Shown: piece by piece, positions 18,872 through 28,763 of the stretch
How the letters are laid out: the number at the start of each line of letters is the position of its first letter
Numbering within the stretch: position 1 is the first letter of the stretch
DNA from: an uncultured Spirochaetota bacterium
GTDB taxonomy: Bacteria; Spirochaetota; Spirochaetia; SZUA-6; Fen-1364
Assembly: GCA_963745235.1 (NCBI GenBank)
Contig: CAVUXE010000044.1
Span: forward strand, 1-64,000
Length of the DNA: 64,000 nucleotides
Reading direction: 5' to 3'
Program-made: the position numbers and the translations under genes
The notes under the pieces: generated by a model
Told to the model about the DNA's origin: nothing
The model's database searches: none
Seen by the model: only the letters and a program-made list of their open reading frames with translations

Positions 18872-19716
18872 TGAGCCGTTCCCTTTTGCAGACCCTTGGT
18901 TTCATTCTCCTTGGCGTGGTCGCAATGATCGTGGTTGCTCCCATTCTCCTGGTTGTCGGGACGATCGTGGCTCGCGGCATCTCCGCAATCAACTGGGAGT
19001 TCATCAGCTCCATGCCGCGGGGCGGGATGCGGGAAGGCGGGATCCTTCCGGCCATAGTCGGTACGCTCCTCCTCACCCTCGGGACCGCTCTGGTGGCCGT
19101 TCCCATCGGCGTCGGGGGAGCGATCTATCTCTCCGAGTATGCGCGTGACACGCGGCTGACGCGGGCCATCCGGCTTGCCATTGTGAACCTTGCGGGCATC
19201 CCGTCCATCGTCTACGGCCTGTTCGGCCTGGGGATGTTCGTGCTGTTCCTGCGCTTCGGCACGTCCATCCTTGCCGGCTCGCTCACCCTCGCTATCATGA
19301 CCCTTCCCGTGATCATCAGCACCGCGGAAGAGGCGCTGCGCGCCGTGCCGCAGGACTTCCGCACCGTCTCCGCGAGCCTGGGGGGATCGCGCTGGCAGGC
19401 GGTGCAGCACATCGTGCTGCCGCAGGCCCTTCCGGGCATCATCACAGGGGTCATCCTGGGCCTCCTGCGCGCGGCGGGAGAGACGGCACCCATTCTTTTC
19501 ACCGTGGCAGCTTTCTACCTTCCCCGTCTTCCTTCCTCGCCCCTTGATCAGACCATGGCGCTGCCCTACCACCTGTACGTGATCACCACGCAGGTGCCTG
19601 GCATGCCTCTCTCTGTCCAGTATGGCACAGCCTTCGTGCTGCTGGCGCTTGTGCTCTCCCTGAACATCGTGGCAACGGTCATTCGCAGCCACTTCCGCAG
19701 GAGAAGGCAATGGTAG
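18871..19716 (+). CDS. pstA: Phosphate ABC transporter permease
   Basis: NLAGIPSIVYGLFG, RAAGETAPILFT. Confidence 0.93.
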   Translation: MSRSLLQTLGFILLGVVAMIVVAPILLVVGTIVARGISAINWEFISSMPRGGMREGGILPAIVGTLLLTLGTALVAVPIGVGGAIYLSEYARDTRLTRAIRLAIVNLAGIPSIVYGLFGLGMFVLFLRFGTSILAGSLTLAIMTLPVIISTAEEALRAVPQDFRTVSASLGGSRWQAVQHIVLPQALPGIITGVILGLLRAAGETAPILFTVAAFYLPRLPSSPLDQTMALPYHLYVITTQVPGMPLSVQYGTAFVLLALVLSLNIVATVIRSHFRRRRQW

Positions 19717-19742
19717 GTGAGAGCACCCGGCTCCGAGGGAAT

Positions 19743-20552
19743 ATGCTCACGCGTTCCTCGAATCGGCAGGGCCCGGGGAGGATCCCGCTTGAAGGCGCGG
19801 CGGCCAAGGTCCGCATCCAGGGAGTCAGCTACTGGTACTCCGGCAAGGCGTCTCTTGAAGGGGTCACGATGGAGGTCCCGGACAAGGCGGTAACCGTGGT
19901 CTTCGGGCCGGCTGGCGGGGGGAAGACAACCCTGCTGCGCCTCATCAACCGGCTGAACGACATGGTGGACGATACGCACATGACAGGGCGCATCCTCCTG
20001 GACGGGGAGGACATCTATGCGCCGGCCACGGACGTGTCACGGCTTCGCCGCAGGGTGGGGATGGTCTTCGCCCTCCCGCTGGCGCTTCCGGGAACGGTGC
20101 GGGACAACGTGCTGTACGGGCCGCGCATGGCCGGGGAGCGCGACACGAGCCGGCTGTCGGACATCGTCGAGCGCAGCCTGCAACAGGCGGCCCTTTGGGG
20201 CGAGGTCAAGGATCGTCTCGACACGCCTGCCCTGAGCCTGTCGGGGGGTCAGCAGCAGAGGCTCTGCATTGCCCGCAGCCTGGCCCTGGAGCCGGAAGTG
20301 CTCCTTCTGGACGAGCCCACCTCGGGCCTGGATCCCATCTCCACCGCCAAGGTGGAAGAGTCGCTCTTCGAGCTGAGGGATCGATACGCGGTGGTCATTG
20401 TGCCTCACAGCGTGCAGCAGGCAGCGCGCGTTGCCGACTACGCGGCGTTCTTTCTTTCGGGTGAGCTGGTTGAGCGGGGCAGCGGCCCGCAGGTCTTCAC
20501 CTCTCCCCGCGACAGAAGGACGGAAGACTACGTGACGGGAAGGTTCGGATAG
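19743..20552 (+). CDS. pstB: Phosphate ABC ATP-binding protein (divergent copy)
   Basis: [37 protein letters not shown]. Confidence 0.88.
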   Translation: MLTRSSNRQGPGRIPLEGAAAKVRIQGVSYWYSGKASLEGVTMEVPDKAVTVVFGPAGGGKTTLLRLINRLNDMVDDTHMTGRILLDGEDIYAPATDVSRLRRRVGMVFALPLALPGTVRDNVLYGPRMAGERDTSRLSDIVERSLQQAALWGEVKDRLDTPALSLSGGQQQRLCIARSLALEPEVLLLDEPTSGLDPISTAKVEESLFELRDRYAVVIVPHSVQQAARVADYAAFFLSGELVERGSGPQVFTSPRDRRTEDYVTGRFG

Positions 20553-20553
20553 G

Positions 20554-21322
20554 ATGGGGAAAATCGCGGTCCGTGACCTTTCGTTCTCCTACGGCCAGCG
20601 CCTCGCTCTTGCAGATGTCTCCATCGACATCGAGGAGCGGGAGGTCACCGCGCTGATCGGACCCTCGGGGTGCGGGAAGTCGACGTTCCTGCGGTGCCTC
20701 AACCGGATGAACGACACGATTGCCCGGCGCGCGGCCGCGCGGGAGCGTGTGCATCGACGGGAAGGACATCTACTCGGGAGGAACGGATGTCGTCGAGCTG
20801 CGCAAGCGTGTCGGCATGGTTTTCCAGAGGCCCAATCCATTTCCCCAGAGCATCTTCGACAACGTTGCCTTCGGGCCGCGGGTGCTCGGAACGCACCGGG
20901 GCGGGGCCCTGCGGGAAGTTGTGGAGAAGAGCCTCCGTTCTGCCGATCTGTGGGATGAGGTGAAGGATTCCCTGCGCGGGGACGCGCTCTCGCTATCCCT
21001 GGGGCAGCAGCAGCGCCTGTGCATCGCCCGCGTGGTCGCGGTGGTCCCCGAGGTCATCCTGATGGACGAGCCCTGCTCCGCCCTGGACCCGATAGGGACT
21101 CTCCGCGTCGAGGAGCTCATGAGGACGCTGAAGGAAAAATACACCATCGTCATCGTGACCCACAACATGCAGCAGGCTGCCCGCGTGTCCGATCGCACGG
21201 GCTTCTTCTGGCTGAACGACCAGAAAGCGGGCATCCTCGCGGAGTTTGGCGCCACCGAGCAGATCTTTACGAGCCCTCGGGACCAGCGCACGGAGGACTA
21301 CATTACGGGACGCTCCGGATAG
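20554..21322 (+). CDS. pstB: Phosphate ABC ATP-binding protein (frameshift ~20725)
   Basis: [48 protein letters not shown]. Confidence 0.9.
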
Positions 21323-21343
21323 AGCAGTCCCAAGGAGTGAAAG

Positions 21344-22012
21344 ATGCCACGGGAAAAGTTCGAGCACGACCTGCAAAGGCTGAAGGACGAGATACTGGCC
21401 CTGGGCGCCATGGCCGAAAGGGCGGTAGCGGAGTCTGTCCAGGCGCTCAAGAAGCGTGACATTGCGAAGGCCCGCATGATCATGGAGGATGACCGCCTGA
21501 TCAACGAAAGGCGCTACGCCATCGAAAACGAGACGCTGACGCTCATCGCCACCCAGCAGCCGATGGCGGGTGACCTGCGCATCCTGGCGGCCATTTTCGA
21601 GATCGCGACCGAGCTTGAACGAATCGCGGACTACGCGAAGGGAATCTCCAACGTCACCCTCATGCTGGGGGAGGAGCCCCTGATAAAGCCCCTGGATGAC
21701 GTGCCTCGAATGTCGGACAAGGCGTGCGACATGCTCCACAGGGCCCTGGACTCCTTCATGCGGGAGGATGTGGAGGAAGCGAGGAGCATCCCTCCGGAGG
21801 ACAGCGAGGTGGACGCGCTTTACGAAAAGACCTACCGCGAGCTCATCGCCTGCATCATGGCGGATCCCAGGACAACCGAGCAGGCCAACCGTCTCACCTG
21901 GGTTGCCCACAACCTGGAGCGCGTGGCTGACCGCGTCGGCAATATCTGCGAGCGCGTCGTGTTCTCCATCACCGGCCAGGGGGAGGAGCTGGACGGCCCG
22001 CTGCCGAGGTAG
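21344..22012 (+). CDS. phoU: Phosphate signalling complex protein
   Basis: QQPMAGDLR, ELERIADYA, LERVADRVGNICERV. Confidence 0.95.
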   Translation: MPREKFEHDLQRLKDEILALGAMAERAVAESVQALKKRDIAKARMIMEDDRLINERRYAIENETLTLIATQQPMAGDLRILAAIFEIATELERIADYAKGISNVTLMLGEEPLIKPLDDVPRMSDKACDMLHRALDSFMREDVEEARSIPPEDSEVDALYEKTYRELIACIMADPRTTEQANRLTWVAHNLERVADRVGNICERVVFSITGQGEELDGPLPR

Positions 22013-22352
22013 CTGAGGCGCCAGCCTCCTCAGCCCTCAATCGCAACTCCAGGATCCTCGGCCACCCGGCCGGGGCTGAATCGATCACCGCCTTTCCCGC
22101 CTTTGCGGCAAACTCAACTCCCCGGTTCAGCAGGTCTACGAGGCGCCCCTCACCTGGGCCGGGGATCTCCAGAGTGATCCCGGCGGCATTCGATGAGGCG
22201 TTGATCAAGACCACGACCGTCCGCCCGGCGTGCCTGCGGGCAAACGCGAGCTGCTCGTGGCGCAACGCCTCGCTGCCCCGCCTGATCCCGTCAACGGGAC
22301 GGACGGCGCCCGGGAGATCGGGATGCGGCGCGGTGGTGACCCAGTGTTCCAT
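21969..22352 (-). pseudogene. Internally deleted alpha-amylase (GH13)-like remnant, read through from TetR
   Basis: MEHW start joined to IRRGSEALR..HEQLAFARR...VVVLINAS...LVDLLN, resembling an amylase C-terminal beta domain. No catalytic barrel is present. Confidence 0.5.
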
Positions 22353-22361
22353 GGTTGCCGC

Positions 22362-22928
22362 CTGACTGTAGATCCCGTGCTCGAACTGACGGACAGCCCT
22401 TTCCAGGAGAGGGTCGATAAGGACAAGGAAGCCGTTGAGGGCGAGCCCGATGCAGGTGTTGATCATGCCGAGAAAAGATGCCCCATAAACCTTGTGACGA
22501 CCCTTCATGTTGCCGTGGTCCCGCGAAGCCTGCAGAAAAACGCCTTCGATCAGCGTGAACTGTTCCTCGTTCAACGACGCCACTTGACCGAACGCATCGC
22601 CGCGATGGAGTGCGAAGAACAGGGAAAGCTGCATCCGATCGAACAGGGGGTCCCGTGTCGAAAAACGAAAATACGCGGCGGCAACCCGCCTGAGGGTGGC
22701 CGGGAGGTCACCGCGATATCCAGCCGCACGACCTATCTCCTGGGTCAGCCCGTCGTAATGAAGCTGGAGCAGCGTTTTCAGGAGGCCCATCTTGTTCCCG
22801 AAGTAGTGGTACAGGGTGGGCTTTGTGACCCCTGCGCTTTCCGCGATCTCCTGGACACCCACGGCGTCATGACCCCTGGATGCAAAGAGACCGAGAGCCG
22901 TTTCGAGCAGAACCGTCCCCGTTTCCAC
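22362..22928 (-). CDS. TetR/AcrR family regulator (no stop; runs into the remnant)
   Basis: ALGLFASRGHDAVGVQEIAESAGVTKPTLYHYFGNK; the domain ends HGIYS followed by CAG. Confidence 0.88.
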
Positions 22929-22937
22929 GTGGCCTTG

Positions 22938-22953
22938 TATACCGATCGGTATA
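22938..22953. promoter_or_regulatory. TetR operator
   Basis: Perfect palindrome TATACCGATCGGTATA, 10 nt upstream of the TetR GTG. Confidence 0.8.
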
Positions 22954-23012
22954 GGAGAGCCAACCCCTATTGCACAGTGAGACGCCCTTCTGTAGAGTAG
23001 CCGCTCGATTGC

Positions 23013-25130
23013 ATGAGCGACACTGAATCGGGTGATCTTTTTTCCCGGCTGAAGGGAATCGTCCTCGGCAAGGCAAAAGACATCCGGGATCCGAACATCT
23101 TCCACAAGCTTTCCCTGATCGCGTTCTTCGCGTGGGTCGGGCTCGGCGCGGATGGCCTGTCCTCCGCGAACTACGGGCCGGAGGAATCCTTTCTCAGCCT
23201 GGGCGTGCACGGTCACCTGGGCATCTTTGTCGCGCTGGCCACTGCCTTCACGGTCATCGTCATTGCTTCCAGTTACTCGCAGATCGTCGAGCTTTTCCCC
23301 GGGGGCGGGGGAGGCTACCTTGTGGCGAGCAAGCTCCTCACCCCGACCCTGGGGATGATCTCCGGGTGCGCACTTCTCATCGACTACGTGCTCACCATCA
23401 CCCTTTCCATCGCAAGCGGCGCTGATGCCATTTTCAGCTTCCTGCCCATTCCCCTGCTCCGCTACAAGCTCATCGTGGCGGTCCTGGGCGTGCTTCTCCT
23501 GATGGTGCTCAACCTTCGCGGCGTCAGGGAATCCGTGATGCCGCTCGTGCCGATCTTCCTGCTGTTCCTCGTTACCCACACCTTCGCAATCTTCTATGCC
23601 CTCCTCACCCACATTCCGTCCATAGGCGAGGTTGCACAGACGACCATCGTGCAGACGCGGGCGGCACGGCAGTCTCTCGGGGGCTTCGGCGTCTTCCTTC
23701 TCCTGATGCGCGCCTACAGCATGGGCGCCGGCACGTACACCGGCATCGAGGCGGTCAGCAACGGCCTGCCGATCCTGCGCGAGCCGAGGGTCCAGACCGC
23801 GAAACGGACAATGCGGTACATGGCCGCATCCCTCGCCTTCATGGCGGCGGGGTTGATGATCGGCTACCTGCTCTTCGGCGTGACAAAGGTTCCCGGACGG
23901 ACGCTGAATGCCGTCCTGATGGAACGAATCGCTTCCGGCTGGGGTGTTCCCGGTTCCCTCTTCGTGCTGCTGACGTTGATCTCCGAGGCGGTGCTCCTGT
24001 TCGTTGCGGCGCAGGCCGGCTTCCTGGACGGGCCGCGAGTCCTTGCCAACATGTCGCTGGACAGGTGGCTGCCCGGGCAATTCAGCCTCCTGAGCGAACG
24101 TCTGGTCATCAAGAACGGGATCGTCCTGATGGGCGGGGCCGCCCTCGTTCTCATGCTGGTGAGCAATGGCTCGGTCAATTTCCTCATCGTCCTCTATGCA
24201 ATCAACGTTTTCATCACGTTCTGCCTTTCCCAGGCCGGCATGGTGCGCCATTGGTGGAAAGAGCGCGGCCACGTCACGGTGTGGAAGCGCAAGTTCCTGA
24301 TCAACGGCATCGGCCTGCTCCTCACCGGCTTCATCCTGATCTCCCAGGTGGTCCTCAAGTTCCAGACGGGAGGCTGGATCACCGTGCTGATCACGGGGTC
24401 CCTCGTCGTTGTGGCGCTCCTGATCAAGCGCTTCTACTACCAGACGGGACGGAGGCTCGCCCGGCTGGATCACCTCATGGCCACCGCTGCTGCGAGCGAC
24501 GTCCAGGCCCTCGCGGCCGACTCACGCGGCGTGAAACGCAAGCCGCCTCCGAAGTTCGACCCCAAGGGAAAGACGGCCGTGCTTCTTGTTTCCGGCTTCA
24601 ACGGCACCGGGCTGCACACCCTGTTCAGCATCCGCCGGATTTTCGGAGACACGTTTCGAAACTGGTTCTTCATCCAGGCGGGCATCATCGATGCGGACCG
24701 GTTCAAAGGCTCGGAAGGCATGGAGAAACTGCGCGAGCACGTCGAAGACGGACTTTCGAAGTACGTCTCGTTCATGCAGGCGGAGGGGTATCATGCGCAG
24801 GGGTTCGCAGCCATCGGGACCGACGTCTCTGACGAGATCTGCGACCTTGCCCAGGGCATATTCCGCAAGCACGCCAACGCGGTGTTCTTTGGCGGGCAGA
24901 TTGTCTTTGCCGAGGAGAGCATCCTCACCCGCCTCCTGTTCAACCACACCGCCTTTGCCGTGCAACGACGCCTCCACAGGGAAGGGATTCCCTTCCTCAT
25001 CATGCCGGTGCGCGTCGGGGCGCCGGTGCGCTTGTCCCGCGACTCCCCCCGTCAGTACATTCAATCTCAGAGAGAGCCGGCACGGGCCTCTCTCCGGGAA
25101 TCGCCCAGCACGGGGGACCGGAAGGCTTAG
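23013..25130 (+). CDS. APC superfamily transporter, KimA/YdaO-like
   Basis: DGLSSANYGPEE, GGGGYLVA, LLIDYVLT, TGIEAVSNG; cytoplasmic C-terminal domain. Confidence 0.85.
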   Translation: MSDTESGDLFSRLKGIVLGKAKDIRDPNIFHKLSLIAFFAWVGLGADGLSSANYGPEESFLSLGVHGHLGIFVALATAFTVIVIASSYSQIVELFPGGGGGYLVASKLLTPTLGMISGCALLIDYVLTITLSIASGADAIFSFLPIPLLRYKLIVAVLGVLLLMVLNLRGVRESVMPLVPIFLLFLVTHTFAIFYALLTHIPSIGEVAQTTIVQTRAARQSLGGFGVFLLLMRAYSMGAGTYTGIEAVSNGLPILREPRVQTAKRTMRYMAASLAFMAAGLMIGYLLFGVTKVPGRTLNAVLMERIASGWGVPGSLFVLLTLISEAVLLFVAAQAGFLDGPRVLANMSLDRWLPGQFSLLSERLVIKNGIVLMGGAALVLMLVSNGSVNFLIVLYAINVFITFCLSQAGMVRHWWKERGHVTVWKRKFLINGIGLLLTGFILISQVVLKFQTGGWITVLITGSLVVVALLIKRFYYQTGRRLARLDHLMATAAASDVQALAADSRGVKRKPPPKFDPKGKTAVLLVSGFNGTGLHTLFSIRRIFGDTFRNWFFIQAGIIDADRFKGSEGMEKLREHVEDGLSKYVSFMQAEGYHAQGFAAIGTDVSDEICDLAQGIFRKHANAVFFGGQIVFAEESILTRLLFNHTAFAVQRRLHREGIPFLIMPVRVGAPVRLSRDSPRQYIQSQREPARASLRESPSTGDRKA

Positions 25131-25165
25131 CCCGCACGGGAAGCCGCACCGACCAGGAGGCGCAT

Positions 25166-25705
25166 ATGAACAGGGTCTTCTCCTTCGACCTCGGCCGCGT
25201 CATGGACGAGGCCTTCAAGTTCGCGGAAAGCATCGGAGAAACAATCGACCAGGAGGCCGCGGAAAAGATGCGGCGGGCCGCCGAGCACCTCGGCCGCGGG
25301 CCCTTCGCCAACCCCGACTACTACCCGGCCTACCTGTATCCCCCCTCCACCATCTACCTCTCGCGCGACAAGAAGCTGGTGTTCGAGATTGCCCTTGCCG
25401 GCTTCGATGAGAAGGACATTACCGTCCAGTTCCGCGGTGACCATCTCCTGTTCTCCGCCAGCGCGCCGCGCGTCGAGGAATCCGATGAGAGCGTGCAGTA
25501 CTTCAAGCGCAGGCTGAAGCTCAAGGATATCGAGGAGCAGAGATACTACGTGCCGGCGGACAAGTTCGACCAGGCGGGCACGCAGGCGCGGTTCCACAAC
25601 GGCCTTCTCACCCTCGTTGTGCCTCCGCGGGAGCATACGGACATCGGGGACGAGATCAGGATCGACATCAAGACGGAACCCACGAGCGCTGACAGCAGTG
25701 CCTGA
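25166..25705 (+). CDS. Hsp20/alpha-crystallin small heat shock protein
   Basis: YPPSTIY, FEIALAGF, ARFHNGLLTLVVP; AGGAGG RBS. Confidence 0.9.
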   Translation: MNRVFSFDLGRVMDEAFKFAESIGETIDQEAAEKMRRAAEHLGRGPFANPDYYPAYLYPPSTIYLSRDKKLVFEIALAGFDEKDITVQFRGDHLLFSASAPRVEESDESVQYFKRRLKLKDIEEQRYYVPADKFDQAGTQARFHNGLLTLVVPPREHTDIGDEIRIDIKTEPTSADSSA

Positions 25706-25763
25706 TACGGCGGGAGGCCGACCCCCTTTACACGCGCCGGGCACCGGGCTATACATGGTGCCC

Positions 25764-27111
25764 ATGAAGAGGGCGCGTCCCCGTTTGGCAGGTTTCGCAA
25801 TCCCTCTTTTTCTTGCATGCCTTGCCGCTCTGCCGCTTGCCGCCCGACCCCGATCGACCGCTGACGGCCGCCCCGCGGCCGCTTTTGTCCTGCATGCGAG
25901 GTCAGCAATCCTCATTGACCAGATCACCGGACGGGTGCTTTTCGAGCACAACGCGGACCAGGCGCTGGTCCCTGCGTCGCTTGCGAAGCTGATGTCGCTC
26001 CACATCGTCTTCGAGAAGCTCGAAGAACGTTCCATCCATCGCGACGACGTGGTCGCAATCACCTCCAACGCGTGGGCGGACAACCAGGCGCCCGGTTCAT
26101 CCCTCATGGACCTGGGACCGGGCCAGATCGTGACGGTGGAGGAGCTGATGAAGGGGATGGCGGTGGCATCCGGAAACGACGCGGCCACCGCTCTGGCTGA
26201 GTACGTTGCAGGAAGCACGGAGAAGTTCGTCCGCCTCATGAACGAGGAGGCCAGCTTCATGGGCTACAGCGTCACCCGGTTCACCGACCCCTCCGGGGTC
26301 GGCGCGGGAAACCTGACAACCGCGCGGGAGTTTGCGGACTTCTGCCGACGCTACATCACGGCTCATCCCGAGGCCCTGGAGGAGCTGCACTCGCTTCGGG
26401 AGTTCGACTATCCGCTCCCGCAGAACATGGCGGACGGCCGGCTCACCCCGGGCGACGACGAAAAAACAGTTCAATCCGAACTACCTGGTCTGGGATGACT
26501 TCGGCGTGGACGGGCTGAAGACGGGCCACCTTGATGACAACAACTTCACGGCAGCAATCACGGCCAGGCGGGGTGACATGCGCCTGATAGCGGTCCTCCT
26601 GGGCGTCCCCGGGAGATCTCTGGTGGACGGGTCACGGAACAGGGCGGAGGACGGGTTGAACCTTCTCTCCTACGGGTTTCGCAACTATACCACGGTGGAG
26701 CTCGATCCGCCGTCCCTGCCGTCCATGCGGGTGTGGAAGGGGGCGGCAAGAGACGTGACAATTTCCCCCGCCCAACCGGTGTTCATTACCGCGCGTCAGA
26801 GGGAATTCGAAAATCTCGCCTATACCATCGATATCCCTGCCCCGGTGATTGCACCCGTCGGCCAGGGGCAGAAGATCGGGGCTCTTGTCTACCTGTCAGG
26901 AAATCACGAGGTGGGAAGAGTTCCCCTTGAGGCAACCGGCGCCGTGGAACAGGCGGGCCCTGTGCGCTGGGCGTGGGACTCCGCGCTCCTGGGCCTTTCT
27001 ACGCTCCTTGGCGGACCGGCCGCCTCGCTTCGCGCCACCTTCGACACGCTGCCGCCGCAGGCGCTTCTTTCCGCTGGCACGACTGCCGAGGCGGCCAGGC
27101 GGACTCCCTAG
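25764..27111 (+). CDS. D-alanyl-D-alanine carboxypeptidase, family S11 (frameshift ~26455)
   Basis: SxxK ASLAK, SGN, KTG motifs; PBP5 C-terminal domain (APVGQGQKIG). Confidence 0.9.
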
Positions 27112-27530
27112 CTCTTCTGGCAGTCGCAGGTGCCGCCGCAACCGCAGGTGGCTCCCTGCGCCGTCTCAGCTTCAGACCCGGATGAGGCCGAGGCCCCTGT
27201 CCCGCATGCCCCGCCGCAACCACATTCCTTCTCCGGCGCCGGGTTGGGGTTGGCAATGCTGAACCCGCCATTCACCGGGTCCTCGATCCAATCCACGGTC
27301 GACCCGTCCATGTAGGAGAGGCTCTGGGGATCGATGACGACTCGAATGCCGTTTGCGTCGAAAATCGTGTCATCCTGCTCAGGCTGACGGTCCTCGATTC
27401 CCATTCCGTACCGGAATCCCTGGCATCCCAGGCCCGCAACCCATACCCTGAGCATGGCGTCGGCCTTGCCCTGTTCACCGAGAATGCTGACAAGCTGTCC
27501 GGCGGCCTTGTTTGAAACCATGATCGGCAT
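27108..27530 (-). CDS. HesB/IscA-type Fe-S carrier with a Cys-rich tail
   Basis: LRVWVAGLGCQGFRYGM, IDPQSLSYMDGSTVDW, GFSIANPN, CGCG. Confidence 0.88.
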   Translation of the reverse strand: MPIMVSNKAAGQLVSILGEQGKADAMLRVWVAGLGCQGFRYGMGIEDRQPEQDDTIFDANGIRVVIDPQSLSYMDGSTVDWIEDPVNGGFSIANPNPAPEKECGCGGACGTGASASSGSEAETAQGATCGCGGTCDCQKS

Positions 27531-27653
27531 TCTGCATGCCTCCTTGTCATCGCGCTAAGTATAGCAATATTGATATAAAGCGAAACGCCCGGGAAGTCAA
27601 GATTGCCGCCCCGGGCTTTGCCTCGCGTGCGCCATTCTGCTACACTGCCGCCC

Positions 27654-28763
27654 ATGAGCGCAATCGAGGAGGCTCTCGCGCTGGTTCGCGGCTCCGTCCG
27701 CGAGATGGACGGGTATGTCCCCGGACTCCAACCGTCGCCCGGTCAGCGCCTGGTCAAGCTCAACACGAACGAAAACCCCTACCCGCCCTCACCCCGGGTG
27801 CTGGAGGATCTCCAGCGGGCAATCGACGGCTCGCTTCGCCTGTACCCGAGCCCGGATGCGGCCTCCCTCCGCGCGGCTGCCGCCCGGCAGTACAACATCA
27901 GCCCGCTCCAGGTGCTGTGCGGGAACGGCTCGGACGAGATCCTTGCCCTGATCATGCGCGCGCTTGTGGATGAGAGGGACACGGTTTCCTTTTTCCAGCC
28001 CTCCTATTCCCTTTACCCAGTGATGGCCGCAATGGCCCGGGCGCGGACAATCACGGTGCCCCTCCCCCGTCTTCGCCGGGAAAGCGACCTTCTCCAGCTT
28101 CCGGTCCCCTCCCCGCGGGCAAAGATCTTCTTTCTCACAACGCCGAACTCGCCGTACGGCTATGCATTTCCTCCCGCGTGGACGGCCCGACTCCTGTCGT
28201 CCTTCCGAGGGATCGTCGTTGCGGATGAGGCATACGTGGACTTCGCCGAGGAGTCCAGTCTCTCTCTCCTTGCCGACAACCCGCGGCTCCTGATCGTGCG
28301 CTCGATGTCGAAGTCCTCATCTCTGGCAGGCATGCGTGTCGGGTTTGCCTTCGGACACGAGGCGATGATCGCCCAGATCATGAAGGTAAAGGACAGCTAC
28401 AACGTCAGCCGCCTTGCCCAGGTTGCCGCCTGCGCCGCCCTGGAAGACCAGCAGTACGCGCGGGAAACTCGACGCCGCATCGTGGCGACGCGGGAGAAGC
28501 TCGCCGGGAGCCTCACGGCGCTGGGCTTCACCGTCATGCCGTCCCGCGCCAACTTCGTCTTCGCGGTGCCGCCGGCGGGCGCGGATGCCCGCGCCCTGTA
28601 CGAGGGCCTTCTCCGCCGGGGTTTTCTGGTCCGCCACTTCGCCTCCAACGGCCTTTCAGACGGCCTTCGCATAAGCGTCGGAAGCGACGCGGAGATGGAT
28701 TCACTTCTTGCAACCATCCAGGGAGAGCACGCATGGCGGTCAGTAGCAAGGTCCTCGGGATGA
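27654..28763 (+). CDS. hisC: Histidinol-phosphate aminotransferase
   Basis: KLNTNENPYPPSP, GNGSDEIL, DEAYVDF, RSMSK...LAGMRVG. Confidence 0.92.
   Translation: MSAIEEALALVRGSVREMDGYVPGLQPSPGQRLVKLNTNENPYPPSPRVLEDLQRAIDGSLRLYPSPDAASLRAAAARQYNISPLQVLCGNGSDEILALIMRALVDERDTVSFFQPSYSLYPVMAAMARARTITVPLPRLRRESDLLQLPVPSPRAKIFFLTTPNSPYGYAFPPAWTARLLSSFRGIVVADEAYVDFAEESSLSLLADNPRLLIVRSMSKSSSLAGMRVGFAFGHEAMIAQIMKVKDSYNVSRLAQVAACAALEDQQYARETRRRIVATREKLAGSLTALGFTVMPSRANFVFAVPPAGADARALYEGLLRRGFLVRHFASNGLSDGLRISVGSDAEMDSLLATIQGEHAWRSVARSSG

Noticed and set aside
22954-23012. c-di-AMP (ydaO) riboswitch before the KimA-like gene
   Set aside because: The intergenic space is too short and lacks the motif.
22929-24473. 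834-aa minus-strand ORF as a giant TetR
   Set aside because: The upstream part is the antisense shadow of the KimA-like gene, which is common at high GC.
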